Assembly: GCA_000433115.1 (NCBI GenBank)
Contig: FR892168.1
Span: 1-32,018 of the forward strand
DNA: 32,018 nt
DNA from: Ruminococcus sp. CAG:382
GTDB lineage: Bacteria > Bacillota > Clostridia > Oscillospirales > CAG-382
Reading direction: 5' to 3'
Shown: one piece after another, positions 7,782 through 14,687 of the stretch
How positions within the stretch are numbered: position 1 is the first letter of the stretch
How the letters are laid out: the number at the start of each line of letters is the position of its first letter
Made by a program: the position numbers and the translations under genes
Notes under the pieces: model-generated
Databases searched by the model: none
Seen by the model: the letters and a program-made list of their open reading frames with translations, nothing else
Told to the model about the DNA's origin: nothing

Positions 7782-8063
7782 GTGCCAAAAAGAATTGTTC
7801 TCGACCGGGAATACATCGCCCGTGTCAAAAAAGATAATGCGCCTTTAATGGCAGCCGTTGCAACAATGGAACAGAAGAAAATCCCGTGTAAGTTCTGCAA
7901 GCTCAGGACGATAGATAAATACGAAGATCTGCAAGGCCATTTTTCTGCTTTCTGCAATCGTTGCGGACAAGTCGCGGTTTATAACGCCGCCGACTACAGG
8001 CACTATTCGTATCTGCCGCATACGCGACCTGTCGCAACTATGATCGCAAGGACTCGCGTATAA
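7782..8063 (+). CDS. Small zinc-ribbon protein (CxxC...CxxC)
   Basis: RBS GGAGGTGA lies 5 nt before the GTG at 7782. Motifs CKFCK and CNRCG are 30 aa apart. Confidence 0.55.
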   Translation: MPKRIVLDREYIARVKKDNAPLMAAVATMEQKKIPCKFCKLRTIDKYEDLQGHFSAFCNRCGQVAVYNAADYRHYSYLPHTRPVATMIARTRV

Positions 8064-8098
8064 GGTATTACCCTAACAATTAAATATTACTCGTGTAT

Positions 8099-8214
8099 GA
8101 GCCGAGGAGTCGATGAAAGTCGTAACGTCCCAAGTGCCGCATGAAGATTTGAATCCCAAATAGGATTCATCTTTTGTGGTGCGTTGTTACGACCTTCATG
8201 CGGCTCCTTTTTTT
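8099..8214 (+). terminator. Large compound stem-loop ending in a T7 run (terminator/attenuator)
   Basis: Outer helix: gagccg(8099-8104)/cggctc(8201-8206) plus atgaaagtcgtaac(8113-8126)/gttacgaccttcat(8186-8199). Inner hairpin: gaatcc-caaata-ggattc (8151-8168), extended by aagat/atctt. The structure is followed by ctttttttg (8207-8214). Confidence 0.6.
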
Positions 8215-8248
8215 GTCCTTTCCGCCTCCCGGCAGAAAGGACTTTTTT
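8215..8248 (+). terminator. Second intrinsic terminator directly abutting the first
   Basis: gtcctttc(8215-8222)/gaaaggac(8235-8242), 12-nt loop, then TTTTTT (8243-8248). Confidence 0.7.
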
Positions 8249-8339
8249 CATGCCCTGGGAACCTTATATCGCCAAATACCCGTAATCTCCGGATTTTTGA
8301 TTCCAACCACAAATTCAAAAATTCAAGGAGATTACGAAA

Positions 8340-8780
8340 ATGAAAGAACTTTTTACCGATATCACGCTTCGCAACGGCGAGGTAAAGAAAATCAAAATTG
8401 AACTTGAGGACGAGCTTGCAGAGTGGCTCGTGACACAACCTGAAGAGGTATATAGGGATTTTCTCTTATTCGAATATAAAAGCAAATGCGTTGAAAGAAA
8501 AGAAACGCGCAGAACACAGTCGCTCGATGCATCATTGTCAAATGGATTTGAAGTACCTGACGAAGACGCCGATGTGCATTTGGCTGTGCTTCGTAAGATG
8601 ACTTGTGAACAAGTACGTAAAGCCATACAGAAACTCGAACCACAACAGCAATGGCTGATAAAAGAAGTGTTCTTTAATGGACGAAAGCAAGCGGATATTG
8701 CAAGGGAGCTTGGCATTGGCAAGACCGCTGTTAGAAATCGTCTTCAAAAGATTTTTGAAAAAATGCAAAAAAGTTTGTGA
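8340..8780 (+). CDS. Small sigma-70-family protein with region 4 only (mobile-element sigma factor, Tn916 Orf7-like)
   Basis: C-terminal region 4.2 HTH: LEPQQQWLIKEVFFNGRKQADIARELGIGKTAVRNRLQKI. RBS AAGGAGA lies before the ATG at 8340. Confidence 0.7.
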   Translation: MKELFTDITLRNGEVKKIKIELEDELAEWLVTQPEEVYRDFLLFEYKSKCVERKETRRTQSLDASLSNGFEVPDEDADVHLAVLRKMTCEQVRKAIQKLEPQQQWLIKEVFFNGRKQADIARELGIGKTAVRNRLQKIFEKMQKSL

Positions 8781-8789
8781 GAGGGGGTG

Positions 8790-9240
8790 CACTTTTGCTT
8801 TTCCTGTGGCTATTAAGTGAGAGGACAAAATTCTCTCGTTGGTCTTTTACAATTGAATACCCATTCATCAAGCACATTACCTGCGGAATGCCCGTGAGTA
8901 ACGGGGGTAGCCGGCTTCATAAGTGCGCCATGACCTCTCAAAGAGCGAGCGATTAAACTTATATGAAGGAATTTGAGTAGCACTCAAAGGGAGGCAAGGA
9001 CATACGCAGAGGACAATGATACTTTTGTAGCCGAAAGGCGCAACCGGCGGAGTACCCGGCGGTGGTGAAATTCCAATGGAGCAGGTTCACTGCCTGCCGC
9101 TTGATGACTTCCCACACGCACTTGGGGTGTCAAGGACAAATAAAGTGTGAGAAGCTCTCGTGAACATATGCGAGAGCCGATACATACTTTATTTGCCTTG
9201 TGGGAAGCACCGAAAGGTATGGGTATTCACATGAGACAAC
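8790..9240 (+). ncRNA. Candidate large structured RNA (unclassified) in an ORF-free gap
   Basis: No ORF of 60 aa or more in any frame across ~8829-9247. Nested exact helices: 9108-9116/9199-9207 (9 bp), 9137-9149/9183-9195 (13 bp including one G-U), 9154-9160/9171-9177 (7 bp), 9081-9085/9093-9097, 8915-8924/8957-8968, 8973-8978/8982-8987. Two GAAA tetraloop hairpins (gccGAAAggc 9030-9039; accGAAAggt 9209-9218). The G-U pair and GNRA loops favour the + strand. Confidence 0.4.
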
Positions 9241-9268
9241 TTAATTATTGAAAGGAAAGAAGCAGAAA

Positions 9269-9658
9269 ATGACAAGAGAATGCACAGCTTTATTTGATTA
9301 TCAGGAGTTTTGCGAATTGCTGGATCATATCCAAGTTTTGAGATCCTTGGCGAGTGAAAATAAAAGTGCAGCTCCCATGTATCGAGAAAAGATCAAACAG
9401 ATTTGTGAGAGAGTAGAACGGGATTTCAGTGACAGTCATCATTTCTTTTCCGCTTGGATTAATGGGAAATCCATTCTTCTCGAATCCGGATATGTAGTGT
9501 CTTTGAATGGAGACAGGAAAGTAATCTTCGTGTTCCTGATTCTGAATCGACGCCGAAAGCTTGGATTACCGATATTCCAAAGTGATTTGGATCAATTCTG
9601 CAAACTATGCAAACAAGCAAAAGTAGTGTTCCCGGAAAAATATTTCACAGGAGTTTGA
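9269..9658 (+). CDS. Hypothetical protein (129 aa)
   Basis: ATG at 9269 with AGGAAAG upstream. No recognisable motif. Confidence 0.5.
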   Translation: MTRECTALFDYQEFCELLDHIQVLRSLASENKSAAPMYREKIKQICERVERDFSDSHHFFSAWINGKSILLESGYVVSLNGDRKVIFVFLILNRRRKLGLPIFQSDLDQFCKLCKQAKVVFPEKYFTGV

Positions 9659-9662
9659 GAGC

Positions 9663-9860
9663 ATGAGAGAAATTCACATCAATATTTCGGTTCCCGATGA
9701 TTCGGACATTGATTCGGTTGTTATCAACTTAAAACATAGGGGTGAACCCAAAGAGTGCAACAACAGACCTCAAAAGAACAATCATAAATTCAATGTTCCT
9801 GCAAAAAAAGGATTTTCAGAAGAGCCTGACGAGGGTCTGCTGTACGATGAACTGTATTGA
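9663..9860 (+). CDS. Small hypothetical protein with acidic/aromatic C-terminus (possible non-canonical antitoxin)
   Basis: RBS GGAG lies 9 nt before the ATG at 9663. 65 aa ending EEPDEGLLYDELY. It sits 85 nt upstream of mazF. Confidence 0.4.
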   Translation: MREIHINISVPDDSDIDSVVINLKHRGEPKECNNRPQKNNHKFNVPAKKGFSEEPDEGLLYDELY

Positions 9861-9947
9861 GGATGCCGTTCTAAATTCAGATTCGAATAACACCCCGATA
9901 TGGTTGCTGTATCGGGTCATACATAAAAGCAGAAAGGACAAATGAAA

Positions 9948-10313
9948 ATGGACAAAGCGATTAAAAGAGGCGATTTGGTGTATTTGAATTTCGACCCCAT
10001 TGTCGGTTCGGAGCAGGGCGGTCCGCGTCCGGCGGTTGTGGTTCAGAATGACATGGGGAATAAGCATGCACCGACGGTTATCATTGCACCGGTCACAAGT
10101 AAAAACAAGAAAAGCAATCTTCCAACTCACGTTAAGCTGACGTCACATATTCTTGAAAGGAATTCCATGGTTCTCCTTGAACAGCTCAAGACTGTCGACA
10201 AATCAAGAATAGACTCCTATATCGGGACATTGAGCGATGAAGAGATGAAGATGATTGACAAAGCACTGAGAATCAGTCTCGCCATCGGCAGATATAAGAA
10301 ACGGAGCGTATAA
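9948..10313 (+). CDS. mazF: MazF/PemK-family endoribonuclease toxin
   Basis: KRGDLVYLNFDPIVGSEQGGPRPAVVVQNDMGNKHAPTVIIAPVTS is the classic PemK/MazF signature. The second ATG (9948) has better spacing to AAAGGA than the ATG at 9942. Confidence 0.85.
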   Translation: MDKAIKRGDLVYLNFDPIVGSEQGGPRPAVVVQNDMGNKHAPTVIIAPVTSKNKKSNLPTHVKLTSHILERNSMVLLEQLKTVDKSRIDSYIGTLSDEEMKMIDKALRISLAIGRYKKRSV

Positions 10314-11560
10314 TGATGGCAAATATTACGAGAAAGCCAAACGGCACATTTTTGATTCGGGTTTCCAACGGAATGAAGAACGGGAAGCAGGACCTTGTTT
10401 CCACTATTTACAAACCTCCGGTTGGATCAACGTCAGCCATGGCGAGGAAGGCTGCTGAAAAGTACGCTGTTCTCTTTGAGGAACTTGTACATAGCGGTGG
10501 CTATGAGAAAAAACAGGCGATCAGTCGGGAGATCAGGGCACGTCGGAGAATGACCATCGAACAGTTCGTTCAGAACTTTTATTATCCCTCCATCCAGAAG
10601 CATCTCTCTCCCACGACCTGTAGAACCTATGAACTGATCATTGACTCTCTCATTCTGCCTTCCTTTGGAAGAGTGGAGCTTGAGGATGTGGACTCCACTC
10701 ACATTCAGAGTTTTGTCGATTTTTTGTCCACACCCGAAGCAAGTGCCAAGGGAGAGCATGGTCTGTCTCCAGCATCGGTCAAACGGTATTCAACCGTGTT
10801 TTCCTCTATTATTACTGAGGCATGGAAGCAGAAGTTTATTGAAACCAATCCAATCGGAAAGAATTATATCCATTATCCGAAAATCGTTCAGCCACAGTTG
10901 GAAGCCTACAGCGATGAGGAAGTTGAACAGTTGATGGAGGCACTGGAGAACGAGGACATTCGCACAAGGGCGTTGCTGACGCTTGCGGTTACCACGGGTA
11001 TGCGCCGCGGAGAACTGGTAGGGCTTATGTGGGATGACATTGATTTCGATAAGCAAATCATCACCATTTCCCGGAGCGTTTATAAGCCCAAGGGAGAAGA
11101 GCAAAGGATCAAAACCACCAAATCCGTTAGCAGTAACCGGACGGTGTATATCCCCGAAAGCTGTTCCCGCATCCTATACGAACTCAAAATCCAACAGGCC
11201 AGCGACAAGCGACACTCGCAAGGGGTTTGGCTGGACTCCGGTTTCGTCTTTACGGACAAGTACGGCAAGAATATCAGCCTGTATGCGCCAACGCGAATCT
11301 GCGCTGAAGTACAGGCCAAATACGGGTTAAGGCATTTGAAACTGCATGGCTTACGTCATACCTGCGGTTCGCTGATGGTGGAGCATGGAGTGGATCCCGA
11401 AACGGTTAAAACCGTGCTTGGTCACGAGAGCCTCAAAACGACAAACAGATATTTGCATCCTTACGCAGAGAGCATGAAGGACGCATCAGAAAAAATGGAA
11501 AGAATAATTCGAGGTAAAACAGATGGTGAAACTTCGATCCATCTGTCAGGCGGTGAATGA
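10313..11560 (+). CDS. int: Tyrosine recombinase / phage-type integrase (Int-1)
   Basis: Catalytic motifs TGMRRGEL, HGLRHTCGS, LGHESLKTTNRYLH. N-terminal arm-binding-type domain. The ATG shares one base with the mazF stop (TAATG). Confidence 0.9.
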   Translation: MMANITRKPNGTFLIRVSNGMKNGKQDLVSTIYKPPVGSTSAMARKAAEKYAVLFEELVHSGGYEKKQAISREIRARRRMTIEQFVQNFYYPSIQKHLSPTTCRTYELIIDSLILPSFGRVELEDVDSTHIQSFVDFLSTPEASAKGEHGLSPASVKRYSTVFSSIITEAWKQKFIETNPIGKNYIHYPKIVQPQLEAYSDEEVEQLMEALENEDIRTRALLTLAVTTGMRRGELVGLMWDDIDFDKQIITISRSVYKPKGEEQRIKTTKSVSSNRTVYIPESCSRILYELKIQQASDKRHSQGVWLDSGFVFTDKYGKNISLYAPTRICAEVQAKYGLRHLKLHGLRHTCGSLMVEHGVDPETVKTVLGHESLKTTNRYLHPYAESMKDASEKMERIIRGKTDGETSIHLSGGE

Positions 11561-12014
11561 TATCAGAGCATCAGATCCCGGAACTGCTATGACAGAAGGC
11601 TTTTTGCGATTGCTGATTGAAAACGGCGACGTGTCTTACGAAATATGCGGTTCCCGGGTGTGCCTCAACATTGCTATTCTGTTTAAGGAATTGGCGTGTC
11701 TATTTGAATTGGAATCTGCAGCTATGCCAAAACTGCGTACTATTAAAGGCGCACTGAAGGAAATAAAGGCTACTGATCCCGGGAGCGTTATGACGGATTA
11801 TAAAATCCGTTGGCTGATAAAAAGTGGCCGACTGCGCAGTTACGCAGTCGGCACAAGAGAAATAATCGTTATGGAGTCCTTCGACGATGAAAATCTGCTG
11901 ACACAGGAATCAAGAGAAGGATGTAATATTACACAGGGAATCAAGTTGAGCGAACAATACGGCGAATTGCTCTCCAAAACCACTCAGTCCTATACATGCA
12001 CTCGAAGGCGATGA
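11523..12014 (+). CDS. Tandem-duplicated small DNA-binding (excisionase-like) protein
   Basis: Two internal repeats: LRSICQAVNDIRASDPGTAMTEGFLRLLIENGDV and LRTIKGALKEIKATDPGSVMTDYKIRWLIKSGRL. RBS GAGGT. The start lies inside the 3' end of Int-1 (38-nt overlap). Confidence 0.5.
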   Translation: MVKLRSICQAVNDIRASDPGTAMTEGFLRLLIENGDVSYEICGSRVCLNIAILFKELACLFELESAAMPKLRTIKGALKEIKATDPGSVMTDYKIRWLIKSGRLRSYAVGTREIIVMESFDDENLLTQESREGCNITQGIKLSEQYGELLSKTTQSYTCTRRR

Positions 12015-12017
12015 GGA

Positions 12018-13301
12018 TCAGACTTCGATGGAATCAAAGCATTCGGCTGCTGCCTTGTCGGTTTTCTCCAGTGCATGTACATATATATTGGTCGTGTCAA
12101 TAGACGTATGCCCAAGTCTTTTTGAAACGGTTTTGATGTCGCATCCATTTGACAGCAGATAGGTTGCGGACGAATGTCTCAGCCCATGAAATTTCAGATG
12201 ACGAAAACCGTATTTCTTCAAAAACTTATCGAATTGTTTGGTCGGCGTGTGAGGATGCATGACATGACCGCACCAGTCGGTAAAGAGGAATCCCTCCTCA
12301 TGCCATTTCTCACCGAGCAAGGCTTTTTTACGGTCTTGCTCTTTTTTCAGTTCCTGCAGAATGTCACAAAGAGCTTGTGGAATTGCTATCTGACGAATGC
12401 TGCTGATCGTCTTTGGAAGTTTGATTTCAGGCTCCTGCTGGGCAAGCTTGACAACGCTTCTGCGGATATACATAGTCCGTTTTTCAAAATCAATATCCTC
12501 CCACTTCAAACCGGCGATCTCGCCACGTCTGGCACCCGTATAAATAGCGGTGGCAATAACGGCGTGAATATGGATAGGTTCAAGCTGAGCCATTTTGAGA
12601 ATTTCGGCAATCTCTTCGTTGCTGAAAGCCTCAACCTCCGGAGTTACGATTTTGGATATCTCCAAGCGGCGGGTGTCAGCAGGATTGGAATTGATATATT
12701 CTTGCTTCCATGCCATTGTCATGATGGACTGAAGAATGGTTAAATATCTGCGAATCGTAGCAGGGGCGAGTTTCTCGCCCTTTTTATCTACCCGACCGGA
12801 TGGAGTAGCCAAGAAATTGATCAGCTCCTGAACATGATACGGTTTAATCTCATCCAAATGAAGATGACCGAGCCTGGGAATGAGAATTCGTTGAATCGCG
12901 GTTTCATAAAGCAAATATGTGGTGGACGAAATATTCTCCTTCTTAGCTGCCAAATAAATGGTACAGAAATCAGCAAATAGGGGGGAACTCGATGCGTTAA
13001 TGGGAGCAATCATTGATTGATGATCGCCCTTGACTTGTTCCTCTGCGGGTTCTTGTTTTGTTTTACCTTCGGATAATTCCAAATCGGTTTGGGATTGACG
13101 TTTGGTTTCAAATTCGATTCGACACTCTTCCTCAAGAGCCTTGACAAAAGCGTCGAGTTCCTTACGAACCTTTGATTCTGGTAGATTCACTCTTGAAGGA
13201 CGAAACAGACGTGATTTTTGAAAAGGACGTCCGTTATCGAGAATCCCGCAAGATACTCTGACGAAATAATTGTTGTTGCCTCGTTCTTTGATGTAAGCCA
13301 T
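12018..13301 (-). CDS. int: Tyrosine recombinase / integrase (Int-2, Tn916-Int-like architecture)
   Basis: TGARRGEIAGL, HGLRHSSAT, LGHTSIDTTNIYVH. N-terminal MAYIKERGNNNYFVRV arm-binding-type domain. Convergent with the Xis-like gene, with 3 nt between the stops. Confidence 0.9.
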   Translation of the reverse strand: MAYIKERGNNNYFVRVSCGILDNGRPFQKSRLFRPSRVNLPESKVRKELDAFVKALEEECRIEFETKRQSQTDLELSEGKTKQEPAEEQVKGDHQSMIAPINASSSPLFADFCTIYLAAKKENISSTTYLLYETAIQRILIPRLGHLHLDEIKPYHVQELINFLATPSGRVDKKGEKLAPATIRRYLTILQSIMTMAWKQEYINSNPADTRRLEISKIVTPEVEAFSNEEIAEILKMAQLEPIHIHAVIATAIYTGARRGEIAGLKWEDIDFEKRTMYIRRSVVKLAQQEPEIKLPKTISSIRQIAIPQALCDILQELKKEQDRKKALLGEKWHEEGFLFTDWCGHVMHPHTPTKQFDKFLKKYGFRHLKFHGLRHSSATYLLSNGCDIKTVSKRLGHTSIDTTNIYVHALEKTDKAAAECFDSIEV

Positions 13302-13443
13302 AACAGCCTCCTAAAAAAATAGAATGATTGTCAAGCAGTACACCATTGCATTATTTTTGCAGAATTAAGACGGTTTTTTTGTCATTGTCAGTGGGGAGCG
13401 AGTTGCATAATTGTTCGGATTTTTTTGAAAAAACCGACGATTA

Positions 13444-13483
13444 ACTTGCAATTTACTTGCACTGACTATGCACTAACTATGCA
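13444..13483 (+). repeat. Four helically phased direct repeats ACT(T/A)TGCA (candidate Int/Xis arm sites)
   Basis: Copies start at 13444, 13455, 13465 and 13476 (spacing 11/10/11 bp), between the Int-2 start and tRNA-Pro. Confidence 0.6.
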
Positions 13484-13533
13484 CCAAACCATTTTCGGAA
13501 TGGTAGAGGCGAATAGACAGTGGCATAATAAAC

Positions 13534-13574
13534 AAAAATCGAGCCTGAATCATACGATTTGGCTCGATTTTTTG
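13534..13574 (-). terminator. Bidirectional intrinsic terminator downstream of tRNA-Pro
   Basis: atcgagcc(13538-13545)/ggctcgat(13561-13568), flanked by an A-run and a T-run. Confidence 0.7.
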
Positions 13575-13593
13575 TTCATTTCATACGAAATGT

Positions 13594-13669
13594 TGGTCTG
13601 AGTGACAAGACTTGAACTTGCGGCCTCTACCACCCCAAGGTAGCGCGCTACCAACTGCGCCACACCCAG
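13594..13669 (-). tRNA. tRNA-Pro (anticodon GGG)
   Basis: Hand-folded cloverleaf: acceptor CTGGGTG/CACTCAG, D-arm GCGC-AGTTGGTA-GCGC, anticodon arm CTACC-TTGGGGT-GGTAG, T-arm GCAAG-TTCAAGT-CTTGT, encoded CCA. Confidence 0.88.
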
Positions 13670-14062
13670 ATAAATTAACACTGTCACGAGAACAATACTG
13701 ACGACAGGAACACCTGAAAAAACACATCAATATCAATAACCCACGCCGCATATCAAGCACAAGCGCAAATCAAAAACACAATGACAGTACACATATGAGG
13801 AAGATACGTCAAAGCGTCAAGCGAGCAAACGACAGTGATCATTTGCGCCATGCCGTCCGTATCTCTAAGTGCAGGTGATATTATACCACCAAGATGGCGA
13901 TATGTCAATACCAAAAGCAGCGTATTAAGATAAAAAAAATACAGTAAAATCGCCAAAAATGATAGCTTTGACTATCACGATTATTCTTACAGTTGAATAA
14001 CAGCAGAAGATGTGATATCTTATACTTGCATACAACATCCGCAGAAAGAGGAGAAAACAGAC

Positions 14063-14556
14063 TTGCAAAAGCTGTATCTGATAGGCGGCACCATGGTGTC
14101 GGCAAAACGACTGTATGTCGCAGACCGAACGAATTGCTTGAAAACAGTGTGTTTCTTGATGGCGATTGGTGCTGGAACTCCAGTCCTTTTCAGGTAACGG
14201 AAGAGACAAAAAACACGGTGATTGAAAACATACGATTTCTCCTGAACCAATTTATTCACTGCTCCGCATATGAGAAGATCGTCTTTTGCCGGGTGATGCA
14301 TGAACGCACTATAATCGACACAATAATTTCAGGGATAGATACATCCTCCTGCATTGTTGAAGAAATCTCGCTCATTTGTGACGAAAACGCGCTGAAAAGT
14401 CGGCTTAAAAATGATATATCCGCAGGATTGAAGAAGCCGGATGTCGTCGAACGCAGCATTGAAAGGCTTCCGCTTTACAGCTTCTTCGGCACCCGTATTA
14501 TCGATACAACCAAGAAGCGCGTTGAAGAAACTACCACCGAAATTGCAGGTATTTGA
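14063..14556 (+). pseudogene. P-loop NTPase/kinase-like gene with a 1-nt frameshift inside the Walker A motif
   Basis: RBS GAGGAG then TTG 14063 gives MQKLYLIGGTM. After atgg (14093-14096) the frame must shift by one to read GVGKTTVCR...FLDGDWCW... through the stop at 14556. Restoring one G gives LIGGTMGVGKTT. Confidence 0.6.
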
Positions 14557-14599
14557 ATCCGAAATGTATCGAAAAAAAGGATGTTAGATTGAAAACAGC

Positions 14600-14628
14600 T
14601 TGCAAACACAGACTTATACTGCTATAAT
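14600..14628 (+). promoter_or_regulatory. Sigma-A promoter
   Basis: TTGCAA (14600-14605), 17-nt spacer, TATAAT (14623-14628), ~60 nt upstream of the ATG at 14688. Confidence 0.65.
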
Positions 14629-14687
14629 GATACTGGCGTATTTGTCACGCGGGTACGCCGCAGAAAATGTCCCGGACGGTGTAAATT

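Larger units (their letters stand above)
4640..13530. mobile_element. Integrated element (integrative island / IME-like) abutting the 3' side of tRNA-Pro
   Basis: Repressor/anti-repressor switch, element-type sigma factor, toxin, two integrases and an Xis-like gene lie next to a tRNA. No conjugation, replication or capsid genes were seen. The exact att borders were not identified. The left limit is uncertain and could include the R-M locus. Confidence 0.5.

Noticed and set aside
8790-9240. Group II intron, RNase P, tmRNA or retron msr/msd as identity of the structured region
   Set aside because: There is no GUGYG 5' end with a domain V-like GAGC..GAAA..GUUC hairpin or intron-encoded protein. 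There is no RNase P GGAAAGUCCGGGC box and no tRNA-like 3' end with a tag ORF. No reverse transcriptase gene lies nearby. The region is left unclassified.
13753-14209. Several 60-94 aa minus-strand ORFs upstream of tRNA-Pro
   Set aside because: The region is an AT-rich intergenic or promoter region. The ORFs overlap each other and the kinase-like gene start, and none has an RBS or recognisable motifs.
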